A stretch of DNA of 64,000 nucleotides from the human T2T-CHM13v2.0 reference genome, Homo sapiens. The position numbers and the translations under genes were made by a program. Location: NCBI RefSeq assembly GCF_009914755.1, contig NC_060930.1; one strand, given 5' to 3'. Under the pieces are notes generated by a model. It was not told the origin of the DNA and made no database searches. It was given only the letters and a program-made list of their open reading frames with translations. Shown here piece after piece: positions 33,943 through 50,355 of this stretch; positions within the stretch are counted from its first letter, which is position 1; each line of letters starts with the position of its first letter.

Positions 33943-36895
33943 TCACTTCTGCCAAAGAAGTTGGATACACTAAATATCGGAACGCAACGCAAATGCTATA
34001 GCAGATAAGGATTTGAAGACTGACCCAATATTTGTAGAAAATGGAAATATAATTTAGGTTTTCTTGTTTTTTCGACTTTCCAGTGGTTTGAGTAAAATGA
34101 GTGGTGAAAACAGAAGAGTAGATTACACCAGAAACTACAAGCTATGTCATATAATTGGTCTTTCTAGCTGACACAGGAAGCAGGGGAAATTTCTCTTCCA
34201 ACTTCCCGCTCTCAGGGTCACCTCACACTAATTATTGGGTGGATGGGTGAAGTCATTTATTCTTTTAATCATCCAACAAATATTTCTTGAACACATATCT
34301 TGTTAAGAGACTGGGGTCAAGAGTGAATACAACGCAAACATTCCTACCACTGTGAAACTACATCCTACTTGGGAGGAGTGGGGTGAAAGTGTATTCAGCA
34401 CAAATATTCCTACTATTGCGAAACTACATCATACTTGGGAGGAGTGGGGAGAAACAGACAGGAAACAATCAAAAATATGTAAGAAGTGATTTGACGATGT
34501 CTACTGTGAGGGAATCGCTAGGCAGTAAAGGGTTTGGGAATGTGGAGGTGGCACATTCAGCTTTCAGGAGGACAATCAGGGACTCTGTCACCTTGACAAC
34601 TTTAGCCTTGCCTTCTTCTAGCCATCTTGCCGGAACACTTGTGCCCGTGTTTTTCTAACACTGTCATAAGAGTACTTTTACCTATCAAGGCAACTGGGGG
34701 TTAGGAGAGCTTTTTGCCCAGAAGGCTAGTTGGCTTCCTTGGAAAACTGATGATACATGAGGACTGGGGTTGTCAATCCCTCACATGTTTCTTCATATGA
34801 AAAATGAGGACTGTGGGATTCTCTGGCTGGATCTCAGCACCTAGAGATGGATCTGGGCAATAGGAACTGCTCAGTATTAGCTACCGCTTTGGTTGCCTTC
34901 TCCTTGTGGAAAGCTGGCCTCTCACACTGAATTTGTATCATAGGCACTCATGAGGGTCTTGACTACATCAATATCTGATGGGAGACTTTAGGGCAGTTCT
35001 GTTGTCGTAGCTGATTTGCTCATTTGGTAGCTAGCATCCAGCTTCTTGTGAACATTAAAATAAAATAAAATAAAATAATAAAATAAAATAAAATAAAATA
35101 GATTATGGAGGAATAGAATACAGATACATACTAAGGCATAATTTTCCAGACAAAATGGATTTGGATAAAAGAATCTAATTAAGAATTTGTGCATGGTTCT
35201 TTTAAAATTCCTTTGATTTTTTTTTTTTTTTTTGGCCTGTTTTTCAAGTGTCCAATTTTTGTCACCCTTCTCCCATCAGGTCAGAGAGATAGCCAATGGT
35301 CAGAAGCAATCTTCCAGCAACTGCCATAGCGCTTTCTCCTGCCTGCAGATGCCTCTTTTTAGTCAGCCTTTATGGGAAGTAGCAGCACCATCCGTTCCCA
35401 GAGAGCAAGCTCTGGAGTAGCTGAGCTAACCCCAGTTGCTAATCTGAGCTAATCCCAGTTACCCCAGTGGATTTACAGATTGAGGGTAGAACCCAGCAGG
35501 GTTCTCTTCTTGGAAAGAATAGGCTTCCCTCTAAGGTTTCACATAGATACTGGGTGAGGAAACAGCCCTAAATGGCTTCAGAAATTGAATGTTCTTTGGG
35601 CAAAGCAGGAAGCCCTGCTGTGGAAGAGCATCATTTGAGCATAAATCAGGTTATCAGGACAAACAGAGTGTTCAGGAGGTCTAGATGGTTAAGCAGAGAG
35701 CCTCATCAGAATATCCGTGGTGAAGAGAAACAATCTTGTTGGGAGAAGGATAACCGTAACTGGGGACTTAGAATAAAGGCTAAAAATGATTCAAAGAGAA
35801 TGCAAAAAGAATCAGGCACAAATCTTTACTATATTCTGTTGTGCAAATCTCACCTTACTATGTGTTTATATTCTATTCCTCCACAATCTTTATTTTATTT
35901 TTATGTTCACAGAGACTTGCTGGTTCCAACTAAATGAGCACAACAGCCAGTGACAACAGAACTGCACTTAAATAGTCCCTCATCAGCTCTTGAGAGCAGA
36001 TTCCTTAAAGGTGAACAATATTCCACATACAAGGACTTTTCAGCAGTATGCATTAGAAATGGAACTGAATGTTTATTATTCTTTATATAAGTTGGTTGAT
36101 ACGACTTTTCAGCTTCCCTCAGTAACATTATCTAAATTTTGTAGATGACAGTAAAGCTCAGAGGAGTTAAACCATTTTCCTCAAATCACGTAGCTTTAAA
36201 CAGGAAAACCAGATATGAAAAGCAGATTTCTTTCTAAATTAAAAAACAAAAACAAAAAAACTTGAGCTCTTGCTTTACCCTAGCACATAGTCTCGCCATC
36301 TGTTTTCTCCACACCAGGTCATTCATGTAACATTCATTCACATAACAAATACAAATAAATGAGCGGATTCATTCATCAGATATTAATTCAGAATCTCTTT
36401 TGTGTCTACCACACTAGGCTCAAGACGTCCCAGTGTCTTTGTCTCCTCTCCCTCAAATCTCTCCACCCAATATCTTGACAAATAAAGTAGATCCTTCCTG
36501 TACAACGTCTCCAGAATCTTTTCTTCCTTTTCTTTCACCTCTGTCATCATTCATGCTACAGTGTTTACGGAGGATGTGTTCTGCAGCATGAAGTGTCGTG
36601 GGCACTAGCTCTGCAGAAAGACTTCTGCTGTCCACCTCAGGTGCTGACATGATAAATGTGGGTAAACCTCAATCCTTTAATATCTTTATGACTTCTTTCC
36701 CTTTCTCCCCAGTTCCTGTTTTCTCATGTTCAAGCTCTGACATTCAAAACTAAACACCTTTCTCTAACATGTTGCTTTAATTATTTAAGCATTCTGCCTG
36801 GGATATTTTCAGTTAGTCATGGGATTTTTCATAAAACTCTCCCAATATATCTCCAAGTGGCCAGGCTTTTCAATCACTGCTTCCCTCCATGTGTA

Positions 36896-36934
<39 letters not shown>

Positions 36935-37224
36935 CCACTTAAATTGAACAGGTTTATTTCTTTACACAAGAATTCTTACAAACAGCCCGGTTTTCTCCAC
37001 CATATGTCCACTCCTTCTCTGCATAGCTCAATTTTGATTCTTACACTATATTTTACATATTCTTACACTCTGATACGATCTTGTCTCTTATTCTTTATGG
37101 CTCTGCTCTGTAATTTTGTTGTTGTTGTTCTGAAATATAGTTGGACATGTAACTTGTACATGACACACCTTAGCAAGGAGGCAACTCATATCTCAGATGT
37201 AAGTGAAAGAAGCACTCTCCAGGG

Positions 37225-37286
37225 GTTTCCTATGGGAGTGGTCAGCACGCTGGCCTCATTGGTGGAATGGCCTAGTTACGAAAACA
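37225..37286 (+). pseudogene. Highly decayed tRNA-Val relic
   Basis: Paralog of 14345-14406. Confidence 0.6.
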
Positions 37287-37390
37287 GCAGGAGCTTTTTG
37301 CCTTCCAGAAATCTGGACCATCTCACAACCCCCAGACAGTCTCAGCTACAAGGAAAAGTGATAATTCCATCCCACTTTTATAAACACACA

Positions 37391-37427
<37 letters not shown>

Positions 37428-37759
37428 ATTTAATCATTTTTAATCATTTAATCATTTTTTTAAAATCTCTGACACTTTAGCTGGGCAGGTCTAGACATGT
37501 CCTCCTTTGCTGGGATGTGCCTTTTTCTGTCCCGGAATACCCTAAACTTGACATTTTGGCAGCACGAGTTTTCCCTTTGTGACTTTCTCCTTGTTCCCTT
37601 TCTCCTCCTTCTTTGCAGAGAATGAGTAGCCACTGCGCCTTGCCCTGGGCCATCAGTGAGAAGACCTGCTCTTAGTAGAGCCCTGCTTTCCCGCTGAAGG
37701 CCTTGAAATCCCCTGTGTTCCAGGACACCCACTAAAGATCAAGAAAGCTCCCCTGACGT

Positions 37760-37832
37760 GGGGAATTAGCTCAAGCGGTAGAGCGCTTGCTTAGCATGCA
37801 AGAGGTAGTGGGATCGATGCCCACATTCTCCA
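37760..37832 (+). tRNA. TRA-AGC: tRNA-Ala(AGC), D-loop AAGCGG variant
   Basis: Intact 73-nt cloverleaf; G3:U70. Confidence 0.95.
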
Positions 37833-38059
37833 AGCTTTATTATTTGGACCTTGGGTCTCCAAACACTCAAGTATCCAAACCCAAGTTAGTGTCTGAGAGC
37901 AGGATGCTGCTTTGGTTCAAGACATAGGAGCAGCAACAATACAGGCCTGGTGATGGCTCCCTCCTGGCATTCAGTATAGTGTAGATCTACTGTGTAATTC
38001 ATTTGCTGTTTCCTCAAGGAGCTGTGAAACCAAGGGACATATACAACTGCTCTTTTCTC

Positions 38060-40430
38060 CCTGTTTCTGCCTGCAGCTTGGTCCTAAACCTCAGACAATC
38101 GTGAAATGTGCAGGGCAGAGCCACCTGGGTAAACACAGCCTCGGCTTTCTGCTCAGGGGACTGAAACCAGGATGTGTCAAGTAACTAGAATGTGCCTGGA
38201 CAGATACTGTAGAAAGCAAACCCATAAAGTTGTTCATGAGCTTGTGGACACACCTGCCAGCTGTGAATAAGTGGCTCTAATCCCAAACAACTTACCTACA
38301 AAGAGCCTGAGAGCTGAACTGCGCAATGGCCCACTTTCCAGTCCTCACTGAAGTTGCACACACTCCGGAAATCTCTGAACAGTGGCGTAAAGGCTTTGCA
38401 AATAGAGTTATCTTTGAAACAACAACACGTGGAAGGCTGGTTGGTACTTGGAACTTGAATACAAGGCAATTTTGTGCCTGCAAAAACAAAAATAGCAATA
38501 TTATTCTTAAGATTTCAACAAAACACAGTGTCTCATCACATAATCCAAAGAAGTCCAGGTTACAAGCCCCAAAATCTTCGGCATTATGAAAAAAACAGGG
38601 AGATCTTCATTCACATGGCAAAGAGACTCCTCGAATAACAATACTGAGAGGACACAGATGTCAAAATCATCTGACGCATACAGTGGAGCAGTTATGATAA
38701 CAATGCTCCTAGAATTAGGGGATAACATTCGTGAAGTGAATGGAAAGTTGGAAAGTCTCAGCAAATATCTGGAATATATAAACACCAATTTTAAGCTTAA
38801 GAATTTAAAAAAATGTATTAACCAAAACTCTTAGGGGAAATAAAAAGCTTAACTGGATGATCTCGATAACAGAATGCAGATGACTAAGAAAAAGTCAACG
38901 AACTTGAAAACAGAACAAGAATACCTACATAATCTGAGCTATAGAGAGAAAGGAGTATTTCTGTAAATGAACAGAGGCTCAGGGACAAATTAAAAAATAG
39001 CAAATCTAACATTCACATTATTGTAATCTGAAAAGAAGAGGACAAAGAGGTCTTTGTGGGATAAAACTTTGAAGAATTAATGGCTGAAAATGTATCAAAT
39101 TTGTCAAAAGATATAAACCAGGTTTTTAAAGTTCAGCAAAGGTCAAGCAGGATAAACCCAAAGAAACCCAACCCATTTCAAGACGTATCATAATCAAACT
39201 GCTGAAAACGAGGAAAGTACAAAACAATCTTGAAAGCAGTCAAAGGAAAATGAAAAAGAAACTACCATATGAATGAGTGTAGATTTCTCATCAGGAACCA
39301 TAGCGGCCAGAAAAAAATGTCATAATGTTCAGTAAGTAACAAAAGAAAAAGACCTATCAACCCAGAATGCTATGTGGAGCAAAAGTATCTTTCAGACATA
39401 AAGGCAAATAAATGCATTCTCATTGGAAGGTAAGTCAATACATTCTCATTCTTAGCAAGAATGCTGGAAAAGAATTAGCAAAGATTTGAGATAAGAAAAG
39501 TGATACCAGAAGGAAACTTAGAACATCGTCAATGAAGGAACGAAAGCAGAAATAGAAAATGTCTGGGTAGACATAACAGACTGTTCTTCTTCTCCTGAGT
39601 TCCTTAAGGTATGTTTGATGATTGAAAGCCAAAATTGTAACTTTATCAGAAGCAGTTGTCATTGTATCGAGATGTACTACATAGATAAGATAAAAGGGTA
39701 AGTGTAATGGGCCTAACTCTTGATGAAGTTTCTATATTCAACTTGAATGGTAAAATATTGATTCTAAGTATACTGTGAAAAGTTATATACGTATATGGTA
39801 ATCCCTAGACCACTTACTAACCAGATTGAAATAAACCAAAACAAGATAGACAGAGGAACATAGAAGAATTAAAACAAAGGGAACAAAGGTTAATACATTA
39901 TTAAATAGATCTATCTAAAAACTTATCTATATTAACATTACACGTAAATGATCTAAATCCTTAATTAAAAACTAGAGATCATCAGAATGTATTAAAAGTA
40001 AATATGCTGACTGTAAGAAAGCCACCTGCAATACACTTATATATCAGAATAAAAGTTATATAGCAGATTGAAGGAAAAGAGTGGGAAAGATACCTCATGC
40101 AAGCATTAATCAAAGACAGCTGTGGTGTATACATTAAAATCAGACAAAGTAGATTTGAAAGCAGAGAAACTTTTCAGGAATAATGAAGGCTGCTAGATAA
40201 TTACGAATGTCCATTCTCCAGGGAATACTGTTCCAAATGTATATGAGGACACAGATTTTCAAAACTCATAAACAAAATTAGATAAGCCAGGTAAAAATAG
40301 AAATATCCAATTTTAGTTGAAGACACTAAAACTCCTCTCTCAGTCATTGGTAGACTTAGTAGACAACAAATCAGCCAACATATTGGAGAACTGAACCACA
40401 CCATCCACCAATGGATCTGATCAACTTCAT
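38060..40430 (+). mobile_element. Old L1M fragment (duplicated copy)
   Basis: Paralogous to 6050-8430. Confidence 0.7.
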
Positions 40431-40869
40431 AACGCAAAATAAAAATTTAGCCAGAAAGCAAAGACAAAAATTAAAAGAAAAGTAAGATCATGTTATAACC
40501 AGGAAATTAAGAGTGGTCCATCATATAGAAGGGTGCTATTATTGAAAGAGTTTGAAATAGTGACTTAGTTATTTTGAAAGAGTTTTGAAGGCATTATTTA
40601 GCTGGAAATGACAGAAAGACTGAAAATGGTGAATCTGGAGGTGGATCTTCCCTCATCTATATTTATCTTGTTTTCTTTTGAGGTCTAGGGTGTCTATACT
40701 TCCTCTGAATTACCTGATCCTACTACAGTGTCTGGCACAGAGCATCTCCCCAGTGAATATGTACTAAATGAGTGGAAAGTAATTGATAGATTCAAAAGAG
40801 TTGTGCAAGAATAATGTTCATTATTTGGCAAATCATTGAATGTGGTGTTTGATGGAAGACAATGAATCA

Positions 40870-41569
<700 letters not shown>

Positions 41570-41785
41570 GTTAAGCCCAAAAGGTAAGTAAAGAGGAGGT
41601 CTGGAATTAGATATTTGGTGTATGAGTGAATGAGCTAAAGTGCAAAAGAATGGGCAGAATAACCGTGAGCTGGAGCAGAGGGAAAAAAATCACATGCAAA
41701 ATCTAAAAATATCTGCTTCTCAATTCGGGCTTTCCCACTTAGCAGCTTTGGCATTTAAAAAAAAAAAAAAAAAAAAAAAACACTT

Positions 41786-42150
<365 letters not shown>

Positions 42151-42769
42151 CTAAGGCATAATTTTGTTGGCAAAAGTCAATCAGACTACATCAAGTAAAC
42201 TCCCTAAGTCTCCTAGTATAATTCACGGCACAAAAATATGAGGAAAAACAGGGAGGATATGATTAAAAGTTTAGTTTGTATTTTTTGTTGAGTGAATGTC
42301 TCCAGTCATAGAGATGCAAGTGTAGATACACAGTAAGAGTAGTATGAATGGCAGACACCTTGGAAGGCTATTTCTTCCTTCATTCATTCAGTTGGTCACT
42401 CAATGAACTATCATGAATTGAGCACTACCTCTGTTTCTTATCAACAAAGGAGACTACGGAAAGGAAGAATGACTAAGATCTCTGAAGAAGGGAAAAGCTA
42501 GATGACTGGGCCACAAGAGGAAAAAAAGCAGCAAGACAGGTACAATTGTGTCTGGTCCCTCAAGCCAGAAGGTCCTATCATTATGTGAATACTGGAAACG
42601 GGTGGACTCCACCTGTCCTGAGTGGGGAATTCTTCCAGTGCAGCATTGACTGATAAGGAGTGATTTCCAAGTAGCATTGATTGTGTTCTTTAAAAGCTAG
42701 GAATTGATAAAGCAGCAGTGCGTGGGAAATGAGATTTAATAATCTGGATGTCACCTCTTAGGAACAGTT

Positions 42770-42842
42770 GCTCTCTTAGAGCAGCAGGCCACCTGTCAAT
42801 CTCGTATTCTGAAGGTCCTGAGTTTGAACATGAGACAAGGCA
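42770..42842 (+). pseudogene. tRNA-Met-derived pseudogene (anticodon CGT)
   Basis: Paralog of 10333-10405. Confidence 0.85.
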
Positions 42843-42963
42843 CAGCTTATGCCGCTATTTCCATTAAGAGAAATGAAATAGGTGTGATAAATAATGGAAC
42901 ACAAATGCTATGAGATAATGATTTCAAGACAGACCAAATATTAGCTTAAAATTTAAAAGTGAG

Positions 42964-42992
42964 TTTTCTTTTCTTTTCTTTCTTTCTTTTTC

Positions 42993-43050
<58 letters not shown>

Positions 43051-43135
43051 TTGCTTCCTTCCTTCTTTCCTTCCTTCCTTCCTTCCTTCTTTCCTTTCCT
43101 TTCTCTGTCTGTCTTTATTTATTTTTTCCTTCTTT
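42964..43135. repeat. (TTTC)n/(TTCC)n polypyrimidine tract
   Basis: Direct reading. Confidence 0.95.
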
Positions 43136-45255
43136 TGGCTTCTCAGTCGCTTGAGTACAAGGCGTGGTGAAGGCATATAAATTACACCAGAAACTGCAAG
43201 CTATGTCTTATGTCTACCTCTCTAGCTGACAGGGGAGGCAGGGGAAATTTCTCTTCCAATTGCCTGCTCTGAAGGTCATCCAAACATAATTATGGGGTGG
43301 GGTGGGTAAAGTCTTTTATTCTTTTAATCGTCCAACCGATAGTTCTCAACACATATCTTGTTAAGAGACTGTTTTGGGTATAGCAATTCGCAGTGAATAA
43401 AATACAGATATTCTCACCTTTGTGATACTACGTCAATGTTGGGGGGAGTGGGGAGAAAGAGACAGAAGCAAAAAAGAAAAATAAACAAGAAGTCATGTGA
43501 TATTATCTACTGGGAGGGAGTCATTAGGCAGTAAAGGACTCGGCAGTGTGGAGGTGACACATTCACTTTTCAGGAGAAGAATCAGGGAAGTTGTCACCTT
43601 GAAGATATCATTTAGCTTCCCTTTCTTCCAATAGTCTTTCTTTACATGGGAAATGAGGACTCTAGGATTCTCCGGCTGGATCTCAGCACCTAGAGATGGA
43701 TCTGGGCAATAGGAACTGCTCAGTAAGCATTACCTACTGCTTTGGTTGCCTTCTCCCTGGCCTCTTGGATTGAGCTTGCATCATACGTGTTCAGTAGGAA
43801 CTTGCTTAGTGGATTTACAGGTTGAGGTTAGAACTCACCGGGATTCTCTTCCTGGAGAGAACAGGCTTCCCTCTAAGGTTTCATATAGACCCCGGGTGAG
43901 GAAAGAGCCCTAAATGGCTTGAAAAATTGAATGCTCTTTGGGCAAAGCAAGAAGCGCCACTATGGAAGGGCATCATTTGGGCCTATATCAGGGTCTCAGT
44001 ACAAAGATGAGTGCTCACGTGGTCAAGATGGTTAAGCAGAGAATCTGACCAGAATGTTCACGGTGCAAAGAAATAATCTTGTTGGGAGAAGGATCACAAC
44101 AATTGGGGAATTAGAATACAGGCTAAATGAGACTCAAAAATAATACAACAAGAATCAGGCACAAATCCTTTACTACTACATTCTTTTGTACAAATCCATT
44201 TTGCCTAGAAAATCATACCTTACTATGCATCCCTATTGTGTTTCTCCACCATCTATTTTACTTTTTAAACTTTATTTCATTTTTATCATCACAGAAGCTT
44301 ATTGCTACAAAACAAATGAGCAAATCAGCCAATGGCAACAAAACTGCACTGATCTCTCTCCTTAGACCTTCAGAACATTTTCCTTAAAGGTGAACAATAC
44401 TCCACGTTCAAGAATTTTTCAGCTCTATGTGCTAGAAACTATACTGACTGTTTATTAATTTTTATGTAAGTTGGTCGATATAGTTTTTCAGCTTCCCCAA
44501 GTATTATTACCCTAGTGTTACAGATGACACTGAAGCTCAGAGCAGTTAAACCATTTTCCTTAGATCACATAACTTTAAAGAGGGAAACCAGATATGAGAA
44601 GCAGATTTCTTTCTCAATGAAAAAAATCACAAGCTCTTGCTTTAGTCTAGCACATAGTCTTATCATCTATTTTCTTCACACCAGCTCACTCATGTAACAT
44701 TCATTCATTTACCAAATACAGATAAATGAGTGGATTTATTCTTGCATCGATCAGATATGAATTCAAAATCTCTTCTGTGTCTGCCACACCGGGCTCAAGA
44801 CTTGCCAGTGCCTTTGTCTCCTCTCCCTCAAATCTCTCCACCCAATGTCTTGACAAATACTGTAGATCCTTCCTGCATAAACTCTGCAGAATCTTTTTCT
44901 TCTGTTTTACTCACCTCCTTCTTTATCCATGCTATGATGTTCATGGAGGATGTTTTCTTCACCATGAAGTGTGAAGGGGATTGAAGCTGCAGAAAGACTC
45001 ATGCTGTTCACCTCAGGAACTGACACAGTCAATGTGGATAAATCTCAATCCTTTAATATCTTTATGACTTCTTTCTCTTTCTCCCCAGATCCAGTTTTTC
45101 CATTTTCAAGTTCTTTGACATTTAAAACTAAAAACCTTTCCCTAAAATGCTGCTTTTCTACCTGGAATTTTTTCAATGAGTCTTTAGCTTTTATAATATT
45201 CTCCCAACATATCTCCAAGCATCCAGGCTTTTCAATCACTACTTCCCTCCGTGTA

Positions 45256-45299
<44 letters not shown>

Positions 45300-45593
45300 C
45301 ACTTAAATTGAACAGGCATATTTCTTTACACAGGAATTCCTACAAACATTCCACCCTATACCTACCCTAGGTTTTCTCCACCCTATGTCCACTCTTTCTC
45401 TGCATTGCTGAATGTGTTTTCTTTATTCTTTCACTCTGATATGATCTTTGTCTCTTATTCTTTATGCCTCTTATCTGCATTTTTTTGTTATTATTGTTCT
45501 GCCATGCAGTTGGATATGTAACTTTTACATGACACACCTTAGCAAGAAGACAACACATGTCTCAGATGTAAGTAAGAAAAACACTCTCCAGGG

Positions 45594-45655
45594 ATTTCCT
45601 GGTGTAGTGCTCAGCACCCTGGCCTCATTCCTGAAAGTCCCTCGGTGTGGAAAAA
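45594..45655 (+). pseudogene. Highly decayed tRNA-Val relic
   Basis: ATTTCCTGGTGTAGTGCTCAGCACCCTGGCCTCA...GAAAGTCCCTCGGT; same position upstream of Ala as the other Val relics. Confidence 0.6.
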
Positions 45656-46055
45656 GCAGGAGCTCTTTGCCTTCCAGAAATCTGCATCATCCCACAGCCT
45701 CAGCTACAAGAAACAAGTGACAATGCCATCTCTTTTCTTTTAAAAAAATCATTTAAGCTTCCTGAGATATCTGTGACACATTAGCTGGGCAGGGTCCTTC
45801 TGTGGGACATGTCATTTTCCGTCTCGGAATATGTGAAACTTGACATTTTGGCAACACCAGAGTTTTCCCTTTGTGACTTTCTCCTTGTTCCCTTTTCTCC
45901 TCCCTCCTCACAGAGAATAAGTACCCACTGCACTCTTGCCCTGGGCCATCAATGAGAAGATCTGCTCTTAGTGGAGCCCTGCTTTCGCGGTGAAGGCCTT
46001 GAAGTCGCGTGTGTTCTAGACTGCCCACTAAGGATGAAAAAAGATGCTGTGAGAT

Positions 46056-46128
46056 GAAGAAGTAGCTCAAGTGGTGGAGTGCTCGCTTAGCATGTGAGAG
46101 GTAGTGGGATTGATGCCCACATTCTCCA
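46056..46128 (+). pseudogene. tRNA-Ala(AGC) pseudogene
   Basis: Acceptor 5' strand GAAGAAG gives mismatches at 2:71 and 7:66 and loses G3:U70; T-loop ATTGATG. Confidence 0.88.
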
Positions 46129-46394
46129 GGTTTCACTAGTCGGACCTCAGGTCTCCAGGTTACAGTGGAAAAAAATATGTGTTAGACACTGATCTCAGAA
46201 AACAGTAAGTTAGACACTCATCTCAGTAGCAGCCTGGACACTTCTTTGGCTCATTATGTAAGGGCAGCAACAATACGGGCTTGACTAAGATTCTACTGGT
46301 ATGTGGTATAGTATAGATCTATCGATGTGTAATTAGTTTTCTGTTTCTTTGAGGAGCTGTGATACAAAGGGACATATCCAGTTGCACTTATTCT

Positions 46395-49030
<2,636 letters not shown>

Positions 49031-50282
49031 ACAGCAAAATCACAATTTGGGTAGAAAGAAGAGAAAAAAAATAAAAGAAAAACAAGATCATGCTATAACT
49101 AGGAAATCAGGAATGTTCAGGGTGCAAAAGAGTGATATATTGAAACTGACATTTTTGAAAGGGTTATTTAGCTGTAAATGACATGACACGGAGACTGAAA
49201 TCGTAAAACTGGACGTGGATCTTCCCTTCTCCATATTTGTCCTGCCTTCTCTTGAGGTCTGGGCTGCTTGAATCTTTAGAATCTCCTGAACTTACCACAG
49301 TGTCTGGCACAGAGCATCTTCCCTGTGAATGTGTACTGAATCAATGGAAAGGAATTGACAGGTTCAAAAATGTTGTGCAGGAATAATGTTTACTATTTCA
49401 CAAATCACTGGATGTGGTGTTTGAAGGAGAAAAATGTGTCAAAAGTTGACTTGGAAACAAAGCCCAAAAGGTAAGTGAAGGGGATTTGGGGAATGAGATA
49501 TTTGGTGTGTGAATGAATGGGGTGCTGTGGAGAGGAGTAGGGAGTAAGATTGTGAACTGGAGCAGAGAAAGAATCATGTTTTAAAATCTAAAACATCTTC
49601 TCCTCAGTTCAAGCTTTGACACTTAGCAGCTCTGGCACCTTGGAAACAAAACTTATCTGAGGTTCCATTACTTCTAGAAAGTCCAGATTAGGACACATAG
49701 TTTTGTTGGTGAAACTCTGTTGGACTACATGAAGTAAATTCAATAAATCTCTTAGTATAATTAATGGCATACAAGATTTGCTTTACACTTTTTGTAGCAG
49801 GATTGTCTCCAGTCGTGTAGATGCAAGAGGAGATAGAGAGTAAGACACAGTAGTATGGACAGGAGACACCTTTAAAGACTATTTTTTCATTCCTTCATTC
49901 GTTCAGTTGGTCAGTCAGTGAACTATTATGGACTGAACATGTCCTGTGTGTCTTTTCAAAAAAGGACACCATAGGAGGTGTAAGAGTGATTAAGATCTCT
50001 GAAGGAGGGAGAAGTCAGATCACTGGGCCACAAGAGGGAAAAAGTCAGCAAAACAGGTACAATTGTTCTTGGCCTCTTGCCTCAAGATGGTCGTCTTGTT
50101 AGATGAATACTAGAAATGGGTAGATTCCACCTGTCCTGAGGATAAAATTCTTTGGGTGCAGGATTGGCTGATAAAGAGTGATTTCCAAGCACCATTGATT
50201 GTGTTCTTTGAAAGTTAGGAACTGATAAAGCAGCAGTGCTTGGGAAAATAGCACGTGGGATGTCAATTCTTGGGTGAGAACC

Positions 50283-50355
50283 GCCCTCTTTCTGCAGCAG
50301 GCCACACATCAATCTCATAATCTAAAGGTTTTGAGTTTGAACATCAGAGAGGATA
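50283..50355 (+). pseudogene. tRNA-Met(CAT) pseudogene
   Basis: GCCCTCTTTCTGCAGCAGGCCACACATCAATCTCATAATCTAAAGG...; anticodon kept, stems broken. Confidence 0.85.

Noticed and set aside
36857-37480. 207-aa ORF
   Set aside because: GTG start, spans two CA repeats and the Val relic; the paralogous copy is interrupted.
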